This document shows, piece after piece, positions 12,056 through 24,967 of a DNA stretch of 64,000 nucleotides (position 1 is the first letter of the stretch; each line of letters begins with the position of its first letter). The notes beneath the pieces are model-generated. The model saw only the letters and a list, made by a program, of their open reading frames with translations, was not told where the DNA came from and made no database searches. Position numbers and translations under genes: made by a program. The stretch is from Utricularia gibba (taxonomy: Eukaryota > Plantae > Magnoliophyta). The stretch covers positions 620,001 through 684,000 of the forward strand of contig NEEC01000020.1 of NCBI GenBank assembly GCA_002189035.1, written 5' to 3'.

Positions 12056-12862
12056 GTTAGGCTTCTGAAGCCCTCCCACATGCTTATGTTCCTCCTCTGC
12101 TTGGTCAGCGCAAGAAGATGAGACATTGATTGATTTCGATCTGTGACACAGAGAGAGAAGTATCCCAAGTTGCTTTCTCCCATTTCTTCCACTCAATTCC
12201 CAGTTGATTGGATTTAGGGCCCAACTTGAAAATAGTGTTTTCATGTATTATAATTATAATTATTTTTAGTTTTGCATAACTTTAATTCATTTTACATCCA
12301 TTATGATATTTTTGGATAAATATGTGAGTTGCTAAGTCACATGATAATTTTAAATTTGTTTGTGTAAATTATTTAAATAATATTAATATGTGTATTAATA
12401 TTTAATAATTTTATAAAATATCTTATTTATTGTATAGTAGATCCGTGAGTCGGGTAGGATCAACCCGGATTAATAAACAATTGGATCATCTCGAACCAAT
12501 AAATAATCGAGCTAGTGTCATATTAATCATAATTATACATAATCGAGTTTTAGTTCGATCATAACATGAAATTTTACGAAAGCCCTTTGAATTAGGATCG
12601 GGCCGAGCCGGGCCGGCCTGGCCCAACTTTCATCCGTATTCAACACACACGGATGCTCATCTTTTTATTACCACAATAAAAAATGAAAATGACAGCTGTA
12701 AGTGCGCGACACTTGGGTTGAACTGCCACCGTTAGATGGAGAAATCGGACGGTTCTCATTTTCCAATATTTTGCGCCAATCCCGTCACTCGGTACGGCTC
12801 CATTGCTTCCATCAAACTACAGTGCCTGCTTTTTTTGATGCTCTGATTCTTCACGAAAAAGC

Positions 12863-15800
12863 ATGGTCGCCAAGTGCGAAGTTAGAGGTAGCTCTCTGCT
12901 CATATGCTTTGGTTTCCGAATTATTCTTCCGTATTCGGTTGTGAATTTCTTGGTGTGCGTTGTTTTGTCGCTCGGATGGCGGTGATCATGCCTTGGGGGT
13001 GTTGCTTATCGCTGATGATGAAGTGGTGAATGCTTATGTTCGATCGTTTTCCTGTGTTGAGTTGGTTGAGCTTGTTCACTTTTCATTGATCGATTGCGTT
13101 GATATTCTTTTGTTGTTTAGATGCGTAAGTTGAAGATGGGCGTTTTTTTTATATGGATTGTATGTGTTGAACGTTAAATGAAATCATGCTCACTGGATGT
13201 TTCTGGTTGGGTTTGTGATCGCCAGAAGCTTCACGGAGAACAGTGGAGGAATGGATGATTTGAACACGAAACTTCTGCAGCTGATAAAGGCAATTCAATC
13301 TGAAAGAGTTGCCTCTGTTGGAGTAATGGACCAAATTTTCTGTCAGGCTTGCTTCTTGAACTTCTCTGGGTGCTCTTTTCTAACATCTCAGTGTTTATCA
13401 GGACACGGTTAAGAAAAATTGTGAGAGGATCCATGTTTATGCATCAAATCTTGAAGCGTTGGCTACATCAAGAGATGATTGTGCGGTTAACAGGGTTGAT
13501 GGTTCAGGCAATTTGCTTTCTTTGAGAATGAGCTATCCACTTTTCAAGCTTGAGAGTCTCACTGAGCGGTCTGCTGAGAGAGATGACAGCCATGGTGAGG
13601 AAATTTCAATCTCATCACCTATCAGGCTTCCTCTGTGTCAAAGGATCCCTCCCTATACTACTTGGATGTTCTTAGATAGGTAAATGCTGTGCTTATTTAA
13701 TCCTCGACGCTTCTTCAGATTGCTATTTGAGTTCCTTCACAGCCACATGCTTCATTTTTACAAGAAACCGATGGCCGTGAGATATATATACTTGACCTCA
13801 CCTATTGGGAAACAGTTCTCAGCTACCTTGTTTTTTCCTTGCTTGGAAGTGAATGTGAAGCTTTCCATTTTATTTTAGTTTCTATCGTACTCCACAGAAA
13901 TCAGAGAATGGCTGATGATCAATCAGTCATAGGGCGCAGGCGTATTTATTATGATCAGCATGGGAGTGAGGCTCTGATATGTAGCGATAGTGAGGACGAG
14001 CTGGTTCAGTTAGAAACAGATAAACATGAATTTTCTGAGGGGGAAGATCGTTTGATGAGGTAACTTCATGAATTCTTCAAACCTGCTCCAGAAAAATAGA
14101 GATGATGGAAATTCAGTAGTATTTTAGTTTCCAGTATTTCCTCGTCAGTTCAATGTTGACCTATCTGTACAATTTTTTTTTTCTTGTGCATCTTTGCTAA
14201 CAAGATGTTTCCAGAATCACATAGTCTCCATAGACATTCTTACATGTACTTGTGTGTTAGGTTGGCCATTACAGAATGTGGGCTTGGTGAGGTAGTTCTT
14301 AATTTGCTCTCCGGATTTGTTGGTGGGACACTTCAGGAAATCCAGGTACTATGGGATCACAGTATACGTTTAATAGATGAGACTTGTTAAAAGAAGGAAA
14401 CAAATGGATGATAAATAAACCACACAGACAATGATGGTGTAATTTCTCCTTGATTTTAGAGGAGTTGGGGGGCTTATATATCCATGGATTTACTTTCTCT
14501 GAATATTCACTTATATGCAGGAACGCTGCAACATTATCATGGATAAATGTGAACAGATGGAGGAACAGGATTCTAAAAGTTCTAGAGTAGGAAATTCTGT
14601 GGATTATGCATTCCTGGACAAAAGCCTCAGTGATGCTTTAGATTCTTTTGATAACCTATTTTGTCGTCGCTGCCTGGTAAGTGGTTAGCTTGTGCATAAT
14701 ACTCACATCTGTGGTATTTTTTTCCTCGCTAAATGAAAGGTACTTGAAAGGAGGATAAGGCCTCAAAACTGGAGCATGACTATTTGTATTAATATTGTCT
14801 CTTGTGTGACAGGTATTTGATTGTCATTTGCATGGTTGTTCACAAACAATAATTTATTCTGTAAGTTCGATCATTCTTTAAAACCATGTTAGCTACTTGA
14901 GCATTTTCTCATATGTTGATTTCAAAAAAGTCCGGGATGGCAGAATGAGAAGCAGACTTGCACATTTGATCCAGAAGAGGGCAAGAAACCATGTGGTCAG
15001 CAGTGTTACCTTCAGGTACGTTTTAAAGTTCTTAGGATTCACGCAAAGGACTGAAAAACAAATGAGCCTCCAGGGTATCCTGTAGGAACTTTCATTAATC
15101 ATTTCTTAATTGTCTAGCTGGGTATTTCAAGTGAATTGCCAAAGGTTTCAGAATTAGTATCATCAGGAGAAAAAAATTCATCTATTCGAGATCGTGTTCA
15201 AGGTGAGAAGCATCTCTGTCTTTCATTTGTCTTTTTTTTTTCTGTATTCCCTATGTACTGTTCATATCACAAGGTCATCTGTATTCATGACAGAAAATTA
15301 TCTTGCAAGCGAGGGAGGGCCTATGACACCTAAACCTGGAAGTTCATCAATTATTGATGATGCGCCAGGTTCCTCTAGTGAGATCCACTCGTTAGTTGAC
15401 ACAAACACTTTGAATCATCATAGCATCGTCGAAAATGAAGTCCCTGAGTTGGATGAATCCCAACAACACAAGCATACCCGGTGTGTCTATGTTTTGTGTA
15501 AATAGTTCTTCCTTCCCCTTCAATTAGATCATCATAGCCATGAAGAAGTTTGTATTGTTTGAACCTTCAACTTCCTCACATCACCTTCTATTCCCTAACT
15601 ACTGGAGGAATCCAACTAAATATGCTTTTTTTTTCTTTTTTTGTAAAATTTAAATATTGGTGATCTCAGAGATGATGGCGAGGACGAAGGAAAGGATACC
15701 AATGTAATTCAGAAACATGTCCATTTATGCTTTGGAAGATCACATAAAGTACCACGTCAGTCAAGTGATTGGAAACCTCTCGAGAAAGACTTGTATCTTA

Positions 15801-17976
15801 AAGGATTAGAGATATACGGGAGAAATAGGTAATCCTTGAAATATGGATTTATCTCATTTTTTCTTGTTGCTCTGAGTTCCAAATTAGAGCTCATTTGGTG
15901 GTCATATTGCACAGTTGCTTTATTGCTAGAAATTTGCTTCCTGGTCTTAAAACTTGCAAAGAAGTGTCCAGTTACATGTATGGTGATGCGCCATCAACAT
16001 CTTGTGGATCTTCAGCTCTTTCTCAGTCGTTTCTTGAAGATTGCAAAGAGTGCCATGTAGGGCATCTGGTTTGCATTTTATTCTTTTCCTTGGATAGAAA
16101 ACCGTACATTCTGTCCTGCACCACCAGGATATCATTTCCATTGTGTCCATTCTTTTATTTCAGGATCGAGATGCTCCTCCAAAGTCAAGAGTGTGCCGTA
16201 AACGGGGAAGGGTGCGGAAGGTTAAGTCCTCTTGGAAATCTGCTGGCCATCCTTCTCTATGGAGAAGGATAGCTGATGGAAAGGATTTGCCATGTAAACA
16301 TTATACTCCTTGTGGCTGCCAGCCCCTATGTGGAAAGGAATGCCCTTGTTTGCTAACTGGGACTTGCTGCGAAAAGTATTGCGGGTATTGATAAGTTTAC
16401 TTCTTTCTGAGCATCTTTTTGGTTTTAGATCCTGCCTTCCTGTCAACCATTGCTTTTAGATTAAGCATGAGAAAAAAAAAACAACTTTTGCATCTGTGGC
16501 CATTGATATAGGGCAACCTTTTACCTGTTCTGTCCAGGTGCTCAATAAACTGCAAAAATCGGTTTCGAGGGTGTCATTGTACAAAAAGCCAATGCAAAAG
16601 TCGGCTATGTCCATGTTTTGCTGCTGGTCGTGAATGCGATCCAGATGTTTGCCGGTATTGCTGGGTTAGGTACACAAGTTTTTTCCGCTATTCTATTCTG
16701 GATGTGCAGCATAATTTTTTTTGTTTCAAGTTTTCGCCCTTGCTATTCTGGAAATCACCAAATACTAATCTGTGCAGCTGTGGGGGTCATGAGTTAGGAG
16801 AACCCACAAGGCGAGGAGAAAATCAGTGTAGTAACATGAAACTCCTTCTGAGACAGCAGCAAAGGGTAAGAGATTCTTCAACTTCAATGCCATTACCCGA
16901 CACCTCAATGCATGTCGCTATTTTCTTTTCATCTAAATATCCTCATGTCATAGAACAGGAGAATCCAGAGCATGCCCATTTGTCTTTCTTTTGGGGTAAA
17001 GTAACCAGTGCAATGCATGCCTTTTTTATAGATCCTCTTGGCTAAGTCTGATGTTGCTGGTTGGGGAGCATTTCTTAAGGTATGCTTTAAGTTGTGATCT
17101 CCAGACTTTTGGGTACGAAAAATGTGTGATGAAGATGGATTCCTTTGCAGAACCCGGTTAACAAAAACGACTACCTCGGAGAATACACCGGTGAACTGAT
17201 CTCCCATCAGGAAGCAGACAAGCGTGGGAAGATTTATGATCGTGCAAATTCATCCTTCCTTTTTGATCTCAACGACAAGGCAAGACACTCTTATCTCCCA
17301 TCTCATGCATTCACCATATGATCTGTCCACACACCATATTTTTTCATGAAGCCATTGCACAGTCGTATAACATCGTAAGCATGTCGATTTACTATAGAGA
17401 TATCATCAGTTGAGTCCATCTTTTGGATCCATGCATTCTCCTCATCTTTAGCATTCCACTAATGTGCACACACCATATGTTTTCATGAAGCCATTTTACA
17501 GAGGTGCTCCATATCTGAATAGATAACATCCATCTTTTGGATCCATGCATTCTCCCCATCTGTCGCATTCCATTACTGTGCAAATATACTCTTGGTTCAC
17601 ACATTGTATTGCATTTTCAGTTTGTCCTCGATGCGTACCGCAAGGGAGACAAGTTGAAATTCGCAAACCATTCATCAACACCAAACTGTTATGCCAAGGT
17701 GCATACATTGTTGCACTTTCTCTAGATGTCAATAAGTTCTTCTCTATCATGATCCATGACCATGATCAGTGTTGTGAGCTTCAGGTGATGCTGGTTGTGG
17801 GTGACCACCGCGTTGGCATCTACGCAAACGAGCACATCGAAGCCGGTCAAGAGCTGTTCTACGACTACCGCTACGGACCGGACCAGGCACCCACATGGGC
17901 TCGAAAGCCTGAGAACTCAAAGAGGGATGGCTCATCAATACCACAAGGCCGAGCAAAGAAACACCAATCAGGTTAA
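12863..17976 (+). CDS. SWN: Polycomb E(z) H3K27 methyltransferase, SWINGER/EZA1 type, multi-exon
   Basis: RIPPYTTWMFLDRNQRMADDQSVIGRRRIYYDQHGSEALICSDSE, LDSFDNLFCRRCLVFDC, SANT WKPLEKDLYLKGLEIYGRNSC, CXC domain, SET GWGAFLK...KFANHS...ELFYDYRY, and C-terminus GRAKKHQS. The 5' start (12863 vs 13251) is uncertain. Confidence 0.93.
17280..17620 (+). other. Non-canonical GC-AG intron in the SET-coding region, containing an internal tandem duplication
   Basis: AAC GAC AAG|GCAAGA ... ttttcag|TTT GTC CTC GAT keeps DLNDK-FVLDAY in frame. No GT donor gives this junction. Confidence 0.85.
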
Positions 17977-18267
17977 GTATTCCCTCCCTCACACCCTCTT
18001 GTTTTAAGTCTCTTGTATAGTTTTTTGTTGCTAAAGAGCTCTGAGTACCAAATGTGCCAACTTGAATAATATGCAATGCAAAGTCCCCTTCTCATTACAT
18101 GATGAATTATATTCAAAAAAATGAGCATTATATTCTTCATGATTACATACTCATGAATCACATAATCTCCAAATGGTTGTTCTTGGTGCAACACACCTCA
18201 TCATTCATCTCTATACATACAATGTGTTTGCTACTCCCCTTTCACCAACACAAAACTTTCATAATCT

Positions 18268-18479
18268 TGAGCCTGAGTTCAGCATTTCAGTTCTATTGTA
18301 ATGGTAAATTTTTGGCTAAGGACTTGTTCAAGGAGCTCAAGAGGCTCAAATACATGCCTACAATGGACTTTTGCCAAGAAAAGATTCAAAATGTGGATGG
18401 GGATGGGAATGCGAATGGGAATGTACCCATCGACTATCGGAAGTTTAAGAATCTCATGACCAAGGTCCAAAAGACTTAG
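18268..18479 (+). pseudogene. Degenerate paralog of the 23.6-kb EF-hand gene
   Basis: SLSSAF...LAKDLFKELKRLKYMPTMDFCQEKIQNVDGDGNANGNVPIDYRKFKNLMTKVQKT. Start ATG is absent, there is an internal deletion, and the EF loop is disrupted. Upstream flank (tcatgaatcacataatctccaaa) matches 23515. Confidence 0.75.
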
Positions 18480-20449
18480 GCAACTGATTACCATATTAAC
18501 TCAATCAAATTCATGTGGTTTTATAACATAACATGATATCGTGTCGAATCGGAATCATATCCATTCAATTTTAATTTTATGATATTATATGAAATCTATA
18601 GGAGTTTTATTGATATTGAAATATTGGATTTTGTTATGGTATTTTGAAATCTTCATAATATTGATATAATAACAATTTTTTATTTTTTTATAATTAAAAA
18701 TTTAATGATATATGAATATCAACAATGGAATTTTAAAAGCACTCATATTAAAAGCATGTATAACACCAACTAGTGTTCAAAATATTTCGTGTCAATTAAA
18801 ATTATTTATTTTTATAAATAAATGAATACAATAAATCCATTTTTTAAAAAACCTAATAAACGAACACAAATGATATTCATGTTTGATTGTATTTGATTGT
18901 GCTTGATTAAATATAATATTAATGTTGTATTAAAATTTAAAAATTTCAAGTTGGTAAAAGATTATTAATGTGAAACATTTGAAGTTTAAGCAATATTATA
19001 AAAGCATATTTTAGCTATTAAATGACATATATGACTTTAAAAGCTCATATTTGAATTGTTAGTTGAGCTTAGATGATATTAAATCATCTTTGTCGACTAA
19101 AATATATAAAATTTTACTTTATATTGATTTTGTATAAAAGGAATTCATATAATCAAGAATTTTATGTGTAATTAATTTTTAGTTCGTTAATATATTGTAT
19201 ATATTTTCAAAATATTTTATATACTATAATTGTTTAATTATAAAATAATATATTTATCTTGAATAAAGTAAAATTTCAAAAACAATATAAAAATTGTGAC
19301 AATGATATTTCGCCTTTTTTATATCTTTTTATTATGAATATGTTCGGCACAAATTTTTTGTGCTAAGACTTGCGTGATGCGAATTTTTATATTTTTCAAT
19401 TATATAATAATTTATGTATACATATAATATACATGAATATTTATAAAATGTTATTTGATTAATAATAATAAATGAATAAAAACATGAGTAATAATATTCA
19501 TTGGTTAAACATGATCATCTTTAAAAAAGAAAAATATATTATATAATCTATGAGAAAGTAACTATATCATTTAATATTTATTTAGTAAATTAAGAATTCA
19601 ATGCATATTATTTTAATATTTTTAATTAATTTCAAAATTGAAGAAAAACAACTCTTGAGAATTTTATAGTAAATTAACATTCTTCTTGACCTATATTACA
19701 TTAAGGGGTGGCTATTAAAACCATTTAATTGTTATATTGAATCATCCCATGATTAATTTTTTTTACTTACAAAATGATTAATAGATTTGATATAGTTAAT
19801 CTAAATAATGAATCAATAATCACATAAACACTTTTGTAAAATCAATCAAATTTCATATAAAAAAATACATATATTTAGCAGTCAAATATCAGGTCAATTT
19901 TGAAACTGGATTTTAAAGTATAAGTTTGGCATCATAAAAAATCAAATGATCATTATAATATATCATTTATAATCTCATGAAAATATTAAGAACTATCAAC
20001 TATACTTAGGATAATGACCTAAAGAATGACTTGTGCCTAAAGGTTACCTCTTATTGGAAATTTATTCACTTTACAAGATATTTTAAGATTATGTATTTAT
20101 TACAATATTCATAAATGAATATGATACAAAATATACCTTGTAAATACTTGATTTCAAGGTAATTAGTGGTGATATAATAAACTTTATACAATTAGATAAT
20201 ATTTGAAATTCGAAAAAAAAAATTATTAGAATGTAAGTGTTGTTATCACATTGAATTTGTATTTGTTGTCTTCTGTTGATATGCTTAATTTAGATCATTG
20301 GTTTGTGATGATATTGATAGTTTTAATTAGGATCTAGAATATAAATAACATGTAATTTTACATTTAGTTGAACACTATGAACATTTGTACTTTATGTTCT
20401 ATTTTGATACCTACTACGTAATTTTCTTGAGTTTATATTTTATGGAGAT

Positions 20450-20472
20450 TATATATATATATATATATATAT
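20450..20472. repeat. (TA)n microsatellite
   Basis: About 11 TA units. Confidence 0.9.
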
Positions 20473-21248
20473 TATTTGATATGTGAGTTTATTTTATGTA
20501 CAACAAAGATTATGAATACTCATTCATCAACATCCTCACACTACAAACACTTGATGACATAAAAAAATAATTTTTGATTTTTAGTTATATTAATGTATAT
20601 CATAACAAAATTTCAATGGAATAAAAAAAAAGTGAAAATTGTAAAAATAACACCCCAACTTTTAATCAGTATAAATTCTCTAACCTACAAATTTTATAAT
20701 TGCAAAAAAGACATCTCAAATTATCAAAACCATTCAGGTAAAGCCCAAAGTTCGAATTTTTAAGTCATGAACCGATTCATGACATCATGAATTAATTTTG
20801 GTTTCACACCCAACAATAATTCATGATAAGAATTTTCGCATTTGCATATAAAGTTTGATGAATCAAATCTCTTGTCAAGATTATATTGCGTTCGCATATT
20901 GTGATTTTCGAAGTTTGGCAAGGATAAGTTTATCAAAGAAAGAATAGTAGAAGTTGTATATATTGTTTATAATGATGCCTTATTAAAATGACATTAGGGG
21001 TCAAAATCAGTCAATTTTTGTAATATAGATGGGTTAAATATGCAATTTTATTATTTACAAAAAAATGTAAATTAAAGAACTTATGATGTAATTTTGAAAC
21101 TTAGAAACTAGATTTTTTATAGTAACTGTTAATTGAGGTGTGATTAACAAACTCCATTGAAGAAAAAAATAATAATCATATTATTATTAAACAAAACATG
21201 TTTTATCAAAACTATACTAATGTTAATCAATAACATATCACAAATCGT

Positions 21249-21512
21249 TCAAAAGAAGCTCGAACCTTGTGTGATCATTGTCGTAAATTCCTCATAATTT
21301 AGAAATCCATCTTCATCGATATCGAAAAGTTCCATCACAAAGGGAAGTACCTTAGGATCAAACTTGAACTCTAACTTGTGAAACCCATTGCCCAACTCCA
21401 CGATTGAAATCTTGCCTTTTATGGATTGATCGAACTTCTCGAACAACACTTTCATTTCACATTCTTCATAGAATTCATGAAAAGACTTGATGAGGTCTGC
21501 TACGCTTTGCAT
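21249..21512 (-). CDS. Small intronless two-EF-hand protein (polcalcin/CML-like), 87 aa
   Basis: Degenerate EF1 (FEKFDQSIKGKISIVEL) and canonical EF2 (FDIDEDGFLNYEEF). Confidence 0.8.
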   Translation of the reverse strand: MQSVADLIKSFHEFYEECEMKVLFEKFDQSIKGKISIVELGNGFHKLEFKFDPKVLPFVMELFDIDEDGFLNYEEFTTMITQGSSFF

Positions 21513-22281
21513 TGTGGGCTAATGGAGAAGCAAACTTTCTTCATATTATTTATAGACATGTATGTGTTTTATTTTATAAAATAAATTGGAAATGAACCTA
21601 ATATAATTCATATTTAATATATAAAAAATGGGAAGTTAATAAAATTATGAAATATTTATTTCCTGAAAAATCATGCATATAATTTCTAATATTTCATCGA
21701 AAATTCAAATAATAGTATATTTCAACTTAAATTCAAAAGTTCTTTGAATGTATTCACCTAATATTTTTAAATGCCTATAATAACTAAAAATCGATATAAT
21801 ATTATGTGTATACATAATATTTTAGAGCTAGACACGAGTTTGACTCGACAAGTATAGTTTCACGAGTTGATTTGGATAATTGTATTACTTTTTTTTAAAA
21901 AAAAATATCCAATTAAATTATTTAAATAATTCTGATATTATAATATGAAATTGCATTATCTATGTTAACACATTTATTCACCTAAACCTATATACACTAC
22001 ACTTGTCAACGACACATTGTAAATTTGGTACCATATGATTCATTTCACCTATAAATATCTCTAAGTTATAATCTTTTTTGAGATGCCGTTGAAGTGGAAA
22101 AATATATATATTCTCCATTATTTGAGTATTAAAAATTACAATATTATATTAAAATCAAAATAATAAATTATTTTTAAAATATTATTACATACTTAAGAAT
22201 CACATAATCTCCATTATACAAATCATTTCTGGTCCAACCTACCTTATATTTATCTCTATAAATAACATTTGCTTGCTACCA

Positions 22282-22359
22282 TTGGATGGGGATGGGGATG
22301 GATTCATCAGCTATGAGGAGTTTAAAAAACTCATGACAAAAGTCGAAAAGAGAAACTAA
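22282..22359 (+). pseudogene. EF-hand gene remnant (paralog of 23635-23898), last EF loop only
   Basis: LDGDGDGFISYEEFKKLMTKVEKRN* is fused directly to a promoter/5'UTR segment (gaatcacataatctcca...tataaataaca) homologous to 23515-23590. No in-frame ATG. Confidence 0.8.
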
Positions 22360-22862
22360 GGGAGCGTTTGGTACACGGGTAGGGATTTAATTTGGATTTA
22401 TATAAACGCATTTAATTGATTTAAAAGATAATTCATGTTTGATTCGTAGATACAATTTATTTGAATTTAAAATCGACATAATATTAGTTGCATATTACAA
22501 ATAACTGCTCTTTGTTTTGATTTAGAATGTACTATGTACCTTTCTTATGTTAATGTTTTGTGTAGATTAAAGAAATAAATTATTTACCATAATATCAAAT
22601 TCTTGCTGATCAATACTTTTACGTCACAATGGCACGAGGACCTTTATTTTTCTAAACTCAACCTATTTCCACCTCTCTCCTCACACAAGTCGTGACAAAA
22701 TTAAGTTTTGATTATTAATTTAAGCAGTTTGCATCATAATTGATTTAAATCCAAAGAAGTTATCATACTTTTATTCATAACTTATAATAAATATATTCAT
22801 ATTAATCAAACCATATTTTATTCAATCATACTAATATTAAAAGATTATATATCACCGAACAT

Positions 22863-22925
22863 TCAAAAGAGGCTCGAACCTTGCCTCATCATTATTATGA
22901 ATTCATCAAAATTGAGAAAACCGCC
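22863..22925 (-). pseudogene. EF-hand gene remnant (paralog of 21249-21512), C-terminus only
   Basis: GGFLNFDEFIIMMRQGSSLF* versus DGFLNYEEFTTMITQGSSFF* in the intact copy. Confidence 0.75.
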
Positions 22926-22928
22926 GCA

Positions 22929-23347
22929 ATAGATATTTATTTGAGATGTATGTTTTTTTTAAAAAAAAATAAACCATTAATCAGTTTATTATGACTCATA
23001 TTCTAATGTATAAAAGTTGCAAAATTAATCAAATTATAGAATATTTATTGGAGATATATGTTTTTTTAAAAAAAATTAACTAATTAGTTGAATGTGATTC
23101 ATATTCTAATATATTAAATATGTAAAATTTATCAAATTATAGCATATTTATTGGAGATATATGTTTTTTTAAAAAACTAAATCATTAATCAGTTTAATAT
23201 GATTCATATTATAATGTATAATAGATGTGAAATTAATCAAATTATATAATATTTACTGAATGTATATGTTAAAAAAATAAATCATTAATCAATTTAATAT
23301 GATTCATATTCTAATTTATAAAATATATGAAATTATAGAATATTTAT
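22929..23347. repeat. ~105-bp AT-rich tandem repeat, about 4 copies
   Basis: Recurring unit atag.atatttattggagatatatgttttttt-aaaaaa...tcattaatcagtttaatatgattcatattctaat...aattaatcaaatt. Confidence 0.85.
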
Positions 23348-23634
23348 TTCATGAAAAATTATGCATATCAATTCCAAAGTTTTAAACTTTCACCGAAAGT
23401 TCAGATGCTGACTGAATATTATTGCATTATCAATAATAAAAATATCTATTTTTCCTCTTAAGTAAAATTAAATTAAAAATACAACAAAATATTTGAAAAA
23501 TATTATTACATGCTCATGAATCACATAATCTCCAAAATCCAAATGTGCCACCCACCTCATCATTTTCCCCCATAAATAACAAATGTTTGCTATTCTTCAT
23601 TCACCAAACAAAAACCCACATCATTTTGGGAGAC

Positions 23635-23898
23635 ATGAAGAACCTGAGTACCGCATTCAACTATTACGAAGACAGTGACGTACACCATGCGTTTCGCTAC
23701 TACGATCATCACTCCAAAGGGATGGTTTCGGCCAAGAACTTGTTCAATGGGCTCAAGAAGCTGGGCTACGCGCCGACAATGGAGTATTGCCAAGAAAAGA
23801 TTAGAAGCGTGGATGGGGATGGAGACGGATTCATCAACTATGAGGAGTTTAAAAGTCTCATGACCAAGGTCCAAAGTAGTAAGACTAAGACCAAGTGA
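23635..23898 (+). CDS. Small intronless two-EF-hand protein (polcalcin/CML-like), 87 aa
   Basis: MKNLSTAF...FRYYDHHSKGMVSAKNLF...VDGDGDGFINYEEFKSLM, with canonical EF2. TATA-like cataaata upstream. Confidence 0.82.
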   Translation: MKNLSTAFNYYEDSDVHHAFRYYDHHSKGMVSAKNLFNGLKKLGYAPTMEYCQEKIRSVDGDGDGFINYEEFKSLMTKVQSSKTKTK

Positions 23899-24967
23899 AT
23901 GATAGGATTACTATACTATTTGTAAAACTCTATGAAATGTTATGTGGTTTTATCATATATTGTATGAAAATCATTATAAGGTTTAATGATATTAGAATAT
24001 TGAATTTGCTTTGGTACTTAGGATTGAGAATTAGAGATGTGATAAGTTCTGAAGCGAATGGTTTTTTCAAACCATAGCTTAATAAACTGCGATTCACTAT
24101 TGACTTCAATTCCGATTTCGAACCAAAATTGGATTTTAAATCTTGAACTAATCTAGAAATATATAGATTTTTTAAAGATTAATTTCCACGCACCCACATG
24201 AGACATTGTGGATACCTACGAATTATGTCATTTTTTAGAGGATTTTTTAAGTTTACATAATGATTGTTAAAAAAATATTTAAAAATGATTCTAAAAATAA
24301 ATAATATTTTCTAATCATCCATATGAGTTGTTAAGAGTCTGAAAAAAATAAATATAATCATGATTTTCAAATTCCAAATATCTGGATTTGACACGAAACC
24401 ATAAGATTCCAATTCTGAAATAGAAACCATACAAACACTTACATTTTCAAACCGAACTTTCCAACCATGATTCCAATTCGATCCAATTACAACTATATTT
24501 AGAATACAAATGACATATAATTTCACTTGTTAATTACATATTACAAATACTTGTTCTTTGTGTTTGATCTCAACATCTACTATACACATTTGTTGTGTTA
24601 ATTTGGTGTAGATTACATATATAAATTTTATTTAATATGTTAATTTATTTTATTTACAATGACGTCAAAATTCGAAGACGGCATATTATTTATAAGGTTC
24701 TAAAGTTTCACCCAAAGTTCGGACTTCGGATGTTAATTGGATATTATTGTAATTTCGATAATAAAAATATCTAATTTTCTTTTAAAGTAAAATTAAATTA
24801 AAAATAAAATATCTCCCTCACCACGCTACGTGGAGGTTGATGAATGGTCAGGAACAGATAAGCTACTCGTGTCCACGAATCGTCCGCTACGACGCTATAA
24901 TTGAATCCACCCCCGACTCCTTATCTCAATTTACCCTCTCCATCTTCCGGCGACACAAAAATCGAAG

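Noticed and set aside
12420-12630. hAT/MITE-like remnant with GGGCCGAGCCGGGCCGGCCTGGCCC upstream of E(z)
   Set aside because: No paired TIR or TSD; could equally be site-II promoter motifs.
20630-21150. Possible Mutator-like MITE with degenerate TIRs (aataacacccc... / ...gaggtgtgatt)
   Set aside because: TIR similarity is weak in very AT-rich DNA and no TSD is seen.
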